From: an uncultured Chloracidobacterium sp.
GTDB taxonomy: Bacteria > Acidobacteriota > Blastocatellia > Pyrinomonadales > Pyrinomonadaceae
Assembly: GCA_964528325.1 (NCBI GenBank)
Contig: CAZGSC010000001.1
Location: 6,003-70,002, forward strand
DNA length: 64,000 nucleotides
Reading direction: 5' to 3'
The translations under genes were made by a program, and so were the position numbers. Positions 56,358 to 64,000 of the stretch are shown here, one piece after another (position 1 is the stretch's first letter; each line of letters begins with the position of its first letter). The notes under the pieces were generated by a model. The model worked only from the letters and a program-made list of their open reading frames with translations, was not told where the DNA came from and searched no databases.

Positions 56358-57877
56358 TCTTTTGTTCGACCTATTTTGTTCCGCATGGCAGCTCTCATTT
56401 TTTCCATCGATGCAGTTTGTCCTGTCCAGATCTCAAATTGCTTCGCACCCTGATGAAGCAACATCTCAAATCCGTCAAAAGCAGGAACATTTGCTTTTTT
56501 TGCCTCGCTAATTATCGGTGTGTCAGTCGAACTCGTCACAAGATCGTACACACATTTTACACCTTCGAGCTGATCGGCTGTAAAAAGTGATTCATTTTCA
56601 AGCGGGCCTTTCATACCGATCGGCGTTGCGTTAACAACGATGTCAAAATTTTCGAGCTTTGATCTTCGGCTTTTGATCTTAGAGATTTCAGACATTTCAA
56701 CATCAAACTCGTCGGCAAATCCTTGCGCCTTTTTTGTGTCTCGAGCAAAAACCGTTACCTCTGTGTCCCGGCCTTTCAATGCAAAAACACAAGCTCTTGC
56801 CGCACCACCAGTGCCAAACACAGCGGCTCGGGCACCACGTAAATCACCAAATCGTTCGATCAACGGCGTCACGAAGCCGTCCGCATCAGTGTTGTATCCG
56901 GTTAATTTGCCATCAACGATGCTGACCGTATTGACGGCTCCGATCTTTTCGGCGGTCGGATCGATGGTGTCGAGATGCTTGATGATCATCTGCTTGTGCG
57001 GCATTGTAACAGCAAATCCGCTGAAATTGAGTTCGACTTCACGCGTGTCGGCCTTCACCATTCGCCGGACAAATGCGTCAAGATCTTTGACTTGTAAAGG
57101 TACAAAAACAGCATTGACGCCTTGCTCTACAAATGCCGCGTTGTGCATATATGGCGAGAGCGAGGCCGAAACAGGATCGCCCATTACGCCGTAGATCTGT
57201 GTGCCGAGATCAAGTTCTTTAACACGAAATACTTCGGTCAAATCCTTCGCTGTGATCTGGCCGGGAGCGGTTTCATCTCCATCTGCGAGCGCACCATACG
57301 TCAAAAATGCACCGTGTGCGAGTCCCAAGATCCGCGTCCACTTCCCTTCCTCGCCCATCGCTATCGGAATGAGACTTCTTCCGCCGGTTCTTGCCCGTTC
57401 GAGCAGTTTCCAGACCGGGATCGAGTCCGTGATATCGTTCGCTTGGACAGCGATCTTTATCACATCGGCGTCGGTGGTAAACAAGTTCTCAAAAACAGCT
57501 TCGAGTTCTGCGGGAACGCCGTTCAGATCGTGAAATGAAGCTATCCGCTTGTTCCAATTTTTGGCAAAAGGAGAAACATCCTCCTCGACATCGGCCGCAT
57601 AAAATCGCGGACGCGCTTTTTGCCAAAACACTTTTCGCTGATCAAATGTCGCAGAGTTTTTCGCACCCTGCTCAGCCGAGCGAAATGTCGCGATCAATGG
57701 TTTCGAAACCTGACAAGTTTCCAACAGATCAAATGTTGTTTCGATCTCATCTTCTGAACACAAACAGTCAAACCGCACCTCGATCACGTCGGCTAATTCC
57801 TCCGCCTGCTTGATCTTCGAGATCATTTCATCGGCGGTCGCGGCGCAGACCGAGACGCAGACTTTTCCGTTATTCAC
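56354..57877 (-). CDS. aroDE: bifunctional 3-dehydroquinate dehydratase (type I) / shikimate dehydrogenase fusion
   Basis: The N-terminal half is AroD-like (VCVSV...ADVIEVRFD...). The C-terminal half is AroE-like (YGVMGDPVSASLSPYMHNAAF, AVTMPHK, GAVNT, GYNTD, AVFGTGGAARA). Confidence 0.75.
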   Translation of the reverse strand: MNNGKVCVSVCAATADEMISKIKQAEELADVIEVRFDCLCSEDEIETTFDLLETCQVSKPLIATFRSAEQGAKNSATFDQRKVFWQKARPRFYAADVEEDVSPFAKNWNKRIASFHDLNGVPAELEAVFENLFTTDADVIKIAVQANDITDSIPVWKLLERARTGGRSLIPIAMGEEGKWTRILGLAHGAFLTYGALADGDETAPGQITAKDLTEVFRVKELDLGTQIYGVMGDPVSASLSPYMHNAAFVEQGVNAVFVPLQVKDLDAFVRRMVKADTREVELNFSGFAVTMPHKQMIIKHLDTIDPTAEKIGAVNTVSIVDGKLTGYNTDADGFVTPLIERFGDLRGARAAVFGTGGAARACVFALKGRDTEVTVFARDTKKAQGFADEFDVEMSEISKIKSRRSKLENFDIVVNATPIGMKGPLENESLFTADQLEGVKCVYDLVTSSTDTPIISEAKKANVPAFDGFEMLLHQGAKQFEIWTGQTASMEKMRAAMRNKIGRTKE

Positions 57878-58691
57878 TGCTGGAATCCTTTAAATTAACA
57901 ACAACGCTGCCGGCAGTGACGAGGCACGTCACAACGCCGATCGCAGCCGCAACAACTATCGCTGTGTTGCCGCCTTGTTTCACGGCGATCGCCGTCAACG
58001 CCCATGCCACCGCTAGCGGGTAAAAATAATTTGTTAATTTTGATCGAACCAAGATCGTGAGAGCGGCGGCACAAATTATCAGCACAACGCCAAGAGCGTT
58101 CCATGCAAAGGTTGAAAATTCCACCCCCTCATATTTCAGAAAGATAACAAAATTCACGAGCGACGCCGCCGTGACCCATCCTGCGTATATACCAAAAGGA
58201 ACCTTTGTAAACAGCGCCCCGCCCGAGGCCTCAGACCGTCTAAATAAGATCAGCATCAAGAACAGTGTGACCAGTAGTGTAAAGATAAAAACGACACAGA
58301 CACCGATCTGATCACGATGCCAAAAATAGATCCAGCCGCAATTCAGCAGGCAGCTAAAAATATATAGGGATCTGATGGCTCGAAATCGGACCAAATTCGC
58401 GCCCGCGAGCTGATAGATACTAAATGCGGCCATCCCAAGATAGATCAAACTCCAGATCGAGAATGCATAGCCCGCAGGTGTCAAAATGGTCGGATATTTG
58501 TCCGAAATGACGTCAGGCGTGACATAATTAACTCGTCCCGTTGCGGCAAGGACGTTAAAGAATATAGTGCCAATTGTGGCAACTATCACTAGTATTGCCC
58601 GCATCCGATCTCGGGAATTCGCTGCTGCTGTCATGCTTTCAATTATCTCATTTAACCGAAAAATCATCGCCTCAAGGATTGTAGAATTCAC
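57870..58691 (-). CDS. polytopic membrane protein (possibly TspO/MBR-related)
   Basis: It has about eight hydrophobic segments. LTPAGYAFSIWSLIYLGM and the Trp-rich loops are reminiscent of TspO-like proteins. The family call is weak. Confidence 0.4.
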   Translation of the reverse strand: MNSTILEAMIFRLNEIIESMTAAANSRDRMRAILVIVATIGTIFFNVLAATGRVNYVTPDVISDKYPTILTPAGYAFSIWSLIYLGMAAFSIYQLAGANLVRFRAIRSLYIFSCLLNCGWIYFWHRDQIGVCVVFIFTLLVTLFLMLILFRRSEASGGALFTKVPFGIYAGWVTAASLVNFVIFLKYEGVEFSTFAWNALGVVLIICAAALTILVRSKLTNYFYPLAVAWALTAIAVKQGGNTAIVVAAAIGVVTCLVTAGSVVVNLKDSSSE

Positions 58692-58880
58692 GATTTCGTA
58701 TGAAAATAACGGAAAACGTAGATTTTTAAGATCAGGCTTGGACAGTAGAATTTATTTTCCAACCAATATATGGGCAAACACGTCAAATGACAGGTTGTGG
58801 CATCGTGATTGCCTAGAAAAAGAACGGATCGACTTTCCCTCTCTCCCGAACGTGAGAATTGCGAAAGAGGCGGAAAAAAG

Positions 58881-59102
58881 ATGAGAGTTTTACAGAAAAT
58901 ATTATTTAGCTTTGTGATGGTAGCTGGCCTGGCCATCGCAGTTTCAGCTCAAAAGGATGAGCAGAAGAAACCACCGCCCAAGCAAACACCGCCTGTAATC
59001 ACACCGGCACCGACAAAACCGCCGAAAAAAGACGATAAATCAAAGAGATCGTCTGCGGACCTCATCATTGCATCCAAAGAGACATTTGACGCTATTGCTT
59101 AG
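58881..59102 (+). CDS. small secreted Pro/Lys-rich protein
   Basis: It starts MRVLQKILFSFVMVAGLAIAVSAQ (signal), followed by a KKPPPKQTPPVITPAPTKPPKK low-complexity region and a strong terminator. Confidence 0.45.
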   Translation: MRVLQKILFSFVMVAGLAIAVSAQKDEQKKPPPKQTPPVITPAPTKPPKKDDKSKRSSADLIIASKETFDAIA

Positions 59103-59132
59103 CTAAAATTCTAAGTTATCGAGTGAACTAAA

Positions 59133-59166
59133 AAGGCAAGGTCATAAAATGACCTTGCCTTTTTTG
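59133..59166 (+). terminator. intrinsic terminator
   Basis: The hairpin is AAGGCAAGGTCATaaaATGACCTTGCCTT, followed by TTTTT. Confidence 0.8.
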
Positions 59167-59182
59167 ACTTTACAGCATCCAT

Positions 59183-59257
59183 TGGTGCCGTCTACAAGAC
59201 TTGAACTTGTGACCTATCGCGTGTGAAGCGAGTGCTCTACCACTGAGCTAAGACGGC
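59183..59257 (-). tRNA. tRNA-Val(CAC): tRNA-Val (anticodon CAC), CCA encoded
   Basis: The reverse complement is GCCGTCTTAGCTCAGTGGTAGAGCACTCGCTTCACACGCGATAGGTCACAAGTTCAAGTCTTGTAGACGGCACCA. It folds by hand into a cloverleaf: acceptor GCCGTCT/AGACGGC, D-arm GCTC/GAGC, anticodon loop TTCACAC, T-arm ACAAG/CTTGT with TTCAAGT. Confidence 0.9.
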
Positions 59258-59286
59258 AAATTGTTGAAACACCTTAGATAAATCTA

Positions 59287-59766
59287 TTAGATCGATGGAT
59301 CGTCAGCTTTTGCCGGACGATTTTCGTCGGTTCCCTTTATTGTGCTCAGCGACGAGTCCGTGTAAAAATGCCGCGTGCCGGTTGAGGTCATCCCTTCGGA
59401 AACCTGTGGATCAGCCGTGACTGTATAAAACGAAGGAGTGCTCGCTGAAGCCGGCGTAACGGTCAGTGTAAAGACGTATCCGTTCTTTACCGGCCGTTCC
59501 CCCTTGAATGCCTCGTCAAGGCCCACTTTTGCGACCAGTTCGTCAAAAGTCGCAAAATTTCCTTTGTTTCGCGAGGCGTATTGAGCCTCAAACTTTCGAA
59601 TATTATCGATCATCTGCGCAGCAGTGGTTTCGTTTCCGGACCTGATAACTGCCTGCCATGCAATGCTGCCGACACCGATCAGCAATCCGATGATCGCAAT
59701 TACGATCATTAGCTCGATAAGGTTAAATCCTCTTTGATCCTTAAGGCGTTGTCTCAAATTGTTCAT
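59287..59766 (-). CDS. prepilin-type N-terminal cleavage/methylation domain protein (type IV pilin / pseudopilin)
   Basis: It has RGFNLIELMIVIAIIGLLIGV, the class III signal sequence. Confidence 0.8.
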   Translation of the reverse strand: MNNLRQRLKDQRGFNLIELMIVIAIIGLLIGVGSIAWQAVIRSGNETTAAQMIDNIRKFEAQYASRNKGNFATFDELVAKVGLDEAFKGERPVKNGYVFTLTVTPASASTPSFYTVTADPQVSEGMTSTGTRHFYTDSSLSTIKGTDENRPAKADDPSI

Positions 59767-60004
59767 AAAAATAGTATTTTCCTTTTCGCTTTCTTCACGA
59801 AAAAGGGCGTGTTTAGTTTCAAAAGTTTAATTTGTTTTCGCCGGAATATCAATTATTGCTTTGATTCCTTGCTGTAACACTCGTTTATGCTGCGTGATCG
59901 GCCTAAAAGGCGGGACTCTAAACAACGTGCAACTTTTTGATGCGACGGTGGTTAATAATCGGGTAGAATACTATTTTAGGTGAATTTTCGCCTATTGGAG
60001 CCTA

Positions 60005-61003
60005 ATGCGAGATTGGATAGTAGCGGAAACAACAGGCGAAGGCACAAGAAGAGCCTTGAATTTTGATGCTTTGGCCAAAATAGTCGATCTTCAATCGGCT
60101 GTCGAGCGTGTCATAAGGGGCAAATCGGAAACGGTAAAGTTCGCTCTTATCGCCCTGCTGGCAAAAGGCCATTTGCTGATCGAAGACGTTCCAGGCATCG
60201 GTAAAACAACACTTGCCAATGCTCTGGCCCGTGCCCTGGAATTGTCGTTTCAGCGTATCCAGTTCACGTCCGACCTCATGCCGTCGGACGTCATCGGCCT
60301 TTCAGTTTTTAATCAAAAAAGCGGCGACTTCGAATGGAAGGCCGGTCCGATATTTTCGAATATCGTGCTTGCTGACGAGATAAACCGTTCAACACCAAAG
60401 ACGCAGTCGGCTCTGCTTGAGGCGATGGCTGAAGAACAAGTTACGGTCGAAGGCGTTTCACGCCGGCTGCCAATGCCTTTTATTGTGGTCGCCACTCAGA
60501 ACCCGTCTGAGCATCATGGAACGTATCCGCTGCCTGAATCACAGCTTGACCGTTTTATGTTGCGGCTTCATATGGGATATCCCAATATCGATGAAGAGCG
60601 TCGCATACTGCGAGATCGTGCAGGTGTCGACCCGCTGGACCACGTCGAGCCGGTAATGACGCAGGCCGATGTCATTGAGCTGCAGGAATTGGTTTCGGCG
60701 GTGCGATTTGATGAATCTTTGCTCGACTATTTGCTTCAGATCGTCGATACCACCAGAAAGTCTGAGGCTTTGGAACTTGGCATTAGCCCGCGCGGCACTC
60801 TTGCTCTCTTTCGCTCTGCACAAGCTCTGGCTGTCATCGAAGGTCGTGATTTTTGCATCGCCGATGACATAAAGCGACTTGTCATCCCGTGCTTCGGACA
60901 TCGAATTATTATCAATTCACGTAGCGGAGTTTTACGCCAGCGTACACGCGAGGCCGAACGCATTTTGCAGGAAATACTTCAAAAGATCAGTGTGCCGGTT
61001 TAA
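60005..61003 (+). CDS. MoxR-family AAA+ ATPase
   Basis: It has GHLLIEDVPGIGKTTLANALA (Walker A), NIVLADEINR (Walker B) and VVATQNP. Confidence 0.85.
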   Translation: MRDWIVAETTGEGTRRALNFDALAKIVDLQSAVERVIRGKSETVKFALIALLAKGHLLIEDVPGIGKTTLANALARALELSFQRIQFTSDLMPSDVIGLSVFNQKSGDFEWKAGPIFSNIVLADEINRSTPKTQSALLEAMAEEQVTVEGVSRRLPMPFIVVATQNPSEHHGTYPLPESQLDRFMLRLHMGYPNIDEERRILRDRAGVDPLDHVEPVMTQADVIELQELVSAVRFDESLLDYLLQIVDTTRKSEALELGISPRGTLALFRSAQALAVIEGRDFCIADDIKRLVIPCFGHRIIINSRSGVLRQRTREAERILQEILQKISVPV

Positions 61004-61024
61004 AGTGTTAAGTTCATTGAGTGG

Positions 61025-62521
61025 TTGAGTTCATTGAGGAAAAACTTGCCTCACTCAACGAACTCACCAGACTCGATAAACTCAATGAACTTGCGATCCA
61101 TCAGTCAGCTTTTCAGTCTTCGCGACCTCAGGAACGGGGCACTTGGGCTTCTTGTTGTATTCGGCGGCATCGGCCTATCGATCCTTACTCTCTACGCACA
61201 TCAAACCGGCAACATCAGGCTCGCGGGTATTTCCGCCGGCATCTCGCTCGTCTTCGTTCTGCTAATTCTTATCTTTGTCGTGCCTCCGCTTGCTCGTAAT
61301 GCGGGCCGTGAAGCGTCGCAAATGAACTTGCCTTTCGAATTTACGACCGGTGGAGCCGTAATGCTGGTTCTGGTGCTGATAGTAGGTTTTTCAGCATGGA
61401 ATACGGGCAACAATTTGCTCTTCATCGTTTTGTCCTTCCTAATAGCAACGCTGATCGTCGGTTTTTTTGCAGGGAACATCTGCCTAAAGAAACTAGATGT
61501 AAAAATGCGATTTCCCGATACGATCTTTGCGGGCGAGGCAACACCTATTCTCGTCAGCATCAATAATCGAAAACGCATCTTTCCCGCATTTTCCGTTGTC
61601 GCCAAAGTGCGGGGACAGGAACGCGAACGTTCGATCGCGGATGACGATCTGAAAGCAATTTTGCCGCGATGGATCTCCGAATGGCTTGGCCGAGCCAGTA
61701 TTGTCCGCCGCACATTGGATCATTTCGTATATATCGGCCCGCAAAAAACGGTCGAATCAAAAGCAAAACACACCTTTCCGCATCGCGGACGCCTTATCAT
61801 CAAAGATTTCGAACTCTCGACAAAATTTCCATTCGGATTTTTTAATCACCGACGACGGCTTCCGGCACGAGAAACTGAGCTGATCGTTTTTCCGCATCCG
61901 ATGCCGATCAGTTATGACGTTCCGGACATACCGCTCGTCACGGGAAGATTCACCGCGAACAAACGAGGTGTCGGCGAGGACCTGCTTGCATTGCGCGATT
62001 ACAGGCCAAACGATGACCTGCGGCATATCGACTGGAAAGCAACGGCAAGGGCGAGAGTCTTGACCATTCGCGAATTTGCCGCTGAAGACGACAAACTCGT
62101 GACCGTTATCCTGGATGACCGGATGCCAAAAACAGATGGGAAAATGCTCACGCTTCGCGAAAAGCTCGAAGCTGAACAACGCGGCGAAGGCGTCGTCGTT
62201 TCCGAGCAATTTGAAAGAGGCGTTCGACTCGCCGCCGCGATCTTAAGCCGATCTGCCGACGAAAATGCATCGATACGCCTTATTATTGGTACGGATGCCG
62301 GAGAATTTGGAACAGGGCGCGGACATCTTCACGACTGTTTTAAACGGCTGGCCGTTACGGAACCTGTATTTTTCGATGCCCCTGCGTCCGCTTCGGTTCA
62401 GGATGACCTGCAGCGCTTATTAAATGAAAGGAGTGACAACCATCAATACTTCATCACCGCAAATGGTGTCGGATCGAATTTGCTCGATGGCGTCCAGCAA
62501 TTAAGGGTAATTGAATTTTGA
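61025..62521 (+). CDS. DUF58-family protein with an N-terminal membrane region
   Basis: It has about four hydrophobic segments, then GEDLLALRDYRPNDDLRHIDWKATAR (the DUF58 signature). The start could be 61088. Confidence 0.75.
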   Translation: MSSLRKNLPHSTNSPDSINSMNLRSISQLFSLRDLRNGALGLLVVFGGIGLSILTLYAHQTGNIRLAGISAGISLVFVLLILIFVVPPLARNAGREASQMNLPFEFTTGGAVMLVLVLIVGFSAWNTGNNLLFIVLSFLIATLIVGFFAGNICLKKLDVKMRFPDTIFAGEATPILVSINNRKRIFPAFSVVAKVRGQERERSIADDDLKAILPRWISEWLGRASIVRRTLDHFVYIGPQKTVESKAKHTFPHRGRLIIKDFELSTKFPFGFFNHRRRLPARETELIVFPHPMPISYDVPDIPLVTGRFTANKRGVGEDLLALRDYRPNDDLRHIDWKATARARVLTIREFAAEDDKLVTVILDDRMPKTDGKMLTLREKLEAEQRGEGVVVSEQFERGVRLAAAILSRSADENASIRLIIGTDAGEFGTGRGHLHDCFKRLAVTEPVFFDAPASASVQDDLQRLLNERSDNHQYFITANGVGSNLLDGVQQLRVIEF

Positions 62522-62538
62522 CCGTTAACCGCTGCGTT

Positions 62539-62871
62539 TCACTGATCGGACAGCCACCTTCCGGTTCTGGCATGAAACTGATCCGACATCGACGGGACAT
62601 CGTCCGTCGCTTCGTCCCTTGTGATCCGCTCGACACGCCACATCGGAAAGAAATTGTCTGACATCTGCAAATGAGCTTCACCCGCGCTTATCGATTTGCA
62701 CCAATCGTCAAAGTATCCTAACTCGATCGAGCGGATAGAAATGCCCGCCGGATCTATCTCATCAACGATGCCCAGCAGCTTTTCGCGCGGGCTGTGCAGG
62801 ATAGCTATCACGATCTCTCCGGTTTCAATTTTCATAGGCAAATTGTCGCCGATTCCCTGCTTCTTTCGCAA
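62539..62871 (-). CDS. hypothetical protein
   Basis: This is a 110-aa ORF, possibly starting at MKIETGE. Its codon usage looks like that of its neighbours. I recognise no family. Confidence 0.35.
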   Translation of the reverse strand: MRKKQGIGDNLPMKIETGEIVIAILHSPREKLLGIVDEIDPAGISIRSIELGYFDDWCKSISAGEAHLQMSDNFFPMWRVERITRDEATDDVPSMSDQFHARTGRWLSDQ

Positions 62872-62955
62872 TTTCGATATGAAATTTGCCTTCTTTTTCT
62901 TTGCCGCGATTTTATTCTAAACTTGAGGTAGAAAAGGCTAGTTTCAGATCGCGTC

Positions 62956-64000
62956 ATGCATATCTCAAAGATCGAGCTTGAGAATATCAAGTCTCACGTC
63001 TCATCCAAATTTGAATTTTCACGCGGCACGACCGCCATTACAGGCGAGAATGGCGCTGGTAAGACTACGATCATCGAGGCTGTCGCGTGGGTGCTTTTTG
63101 ATCTGCTCGAATACAAGAAAGAGGATTTTGTACGGCGTGGTGCCAAGAAAGGCTCCGTAAGGATCACATTTGAAAGCAGCCTCGACGAACGCGAATACAT
63201 TGTCTATCGCGACAGCGGTGCCGGCTATCATGTTACCGATCCGCGACTTAATACACGCATCGCGGATAAAAAGGATGAGGTTTTTCGTTTTCTCTGGCAG
63301 CATCTCGGCCTCGAACCGGGCACCGATCTCAAATCGATGTTCCGGCAGGCGATCGGTGTCCCGCAGGGCACATTTACCGCTATCTTTCTTGAAGGGGCAA
63401 CTGAGCGAAAATCAGCTTTCGACCGACTGCTAAAGGTCGAAGAGTATCGTCAGGCGGCGGAAAAGCTGCGTGACACTTCACGGTTTCTGGATCACAGTGT
63501 TGTACGTATTCGAGAAAGCATCGCACGAGCAGAAGGCGAACTTTCCCGCTCGGACACAGTAACAGCTGAACACAATAAGATAAAAGAACATATCAACCGG
63601 CTGATCGGTGAGATCGAAAAGGTCACTGCTGAATTGGCCGACAGACGATCAAAAGTAAAGCTGTATGACGAACAGGAGAAGCAGTTAACGTATCTCAGAT
63701 CAACTCTTGAACGCAGCCGCACGGACAAAGAAAAAGTAGAGATCATCGTCCAGCAAGCTGAAGCAGCCCTTGCTCGTGCAGCCGATGCGGCTGCTAAGGT
63801 CGCTGACAGTCGTTCGCGCCATGAACAGCATCTGATCGCGCTCGGCAAGATCGTCGAACTTGAACGCGAACGAAAGCATCGCGATCAATTGAACTCGGAA
63901 CTCGCCAAAACCGATGCCGCGATCGTAAATGTCAAAGCTGAGCACCGAAGACACGAACAGGAATTAAAAAAAATAGCTGATGCTCGCCGCGAGATCGAAG
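62956..64000 (+). CDS. SbcC/Rad50-family SMC-like AAA ATPase (5' part; continues beyond the window)
   Basis: The frame is open from the ATG at 62956 to the window end and is not in the ORF track. It starts MHISKIELENIKSHVSSKFEFSRGTTAITGENGAGKTTIIEAV (Walker A), followed by long heptad-rich coiled-coil sequence. Confidence 0.75.
   Translation, partial: MHISKIELENIKSHVSSKFEFSRGTTAITGENGAGKTTIIEAVAWVLFDLLEYKKEDFVRRGAKKGSVRITFESSLDEREYIVYRDSGAGYHVTDPRLNTRIADKKDEVFRFLWQHLGLEPGTDLKSMFRQAIGVPQGTFTAIFLEGATERKSAFDRLLKVEEYRQAAEKLRDTSRFLDHSVVRIRESIARAEGELSRSDTVTAEHNKIKEHINRLIGEIEKVTAELADRRSKVKLYDEQEKQLTYLRSTLERSRTDKEKVEIIVQQAEAALARAADAAAKVADSRSRHEQHLIALGKIVELERERKHRDQLNSELAKTDAAIVNVKAEHRRHEQELKKIADARREIE

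Noticed and set aside
59183-59257. tRNA-Val as an integration site for a genomic island
   Set aside because: There is no repeat of the tRNA 3' end and no integrase nearby. The flanking genes (a small secreted protein and a prepilin) look ordinary.

Overview
The window is a 64 kb chromosomal segment of a diderm, probably environmental bacterium. It is about 50% GC by eye. Its gene content includes several ECF sigma factors, a sigma54 enhancer-binding protein, a DUF3300/DUF2950 pair, a giant beta-helix surface protein and a MoxR/DUF58 pair. This content is reminiscent of Acidobacteriota, but that is inference, not a measurement. I support about 55 protein-coding genes, one tRNA-Val(CAC), several intrinsic terminators, and one complete sigma54 promoter plus upstream activator sites (UAS) module. 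I saw no rRNA, no CRISPR array, and no recognisable integrase, transposase or known defence system. The most unusual signal is structural. A roughly 1.07 kb segment (9115-10183) contains the displaced 3' ends of two genes whose intact copies lie elsewhere in the window: a beta-barrel outer-membrane protein (OMP) at 3504-4316 and comM at 36681-38243. Each fragment is in direct orientation and downstream of its intact copy, and a degenerate tRNA-Thr-like remnant lies between the two fragments. This geometry is what 3'-end-targeting insertions leave behind. It suggests two insertion blocks of about 4.9 kb and about 27 kb on either side of an ancestral OMP/comM convergent junction. A second breakpoint near 1295 joins two 5'-truncated genes back to back. 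Other items worth a second look:
- a 1710-aa FG-GAP / beta-helix / dockerin-like / cohesin-like surface protein
- a DedA-ATP-grasp fusion next to NRDE and OlsB-like N-acyltransferase genes
- an ECF sigma with two tandem ZAS (zinc-binding anti-sigma) paralogs
- a translationally coupled NYN-DUF2203 pair
- an RqcH-like protein lacking the NFACT-N domain
All family assignments come from motif recognition by eye. No searches were run.
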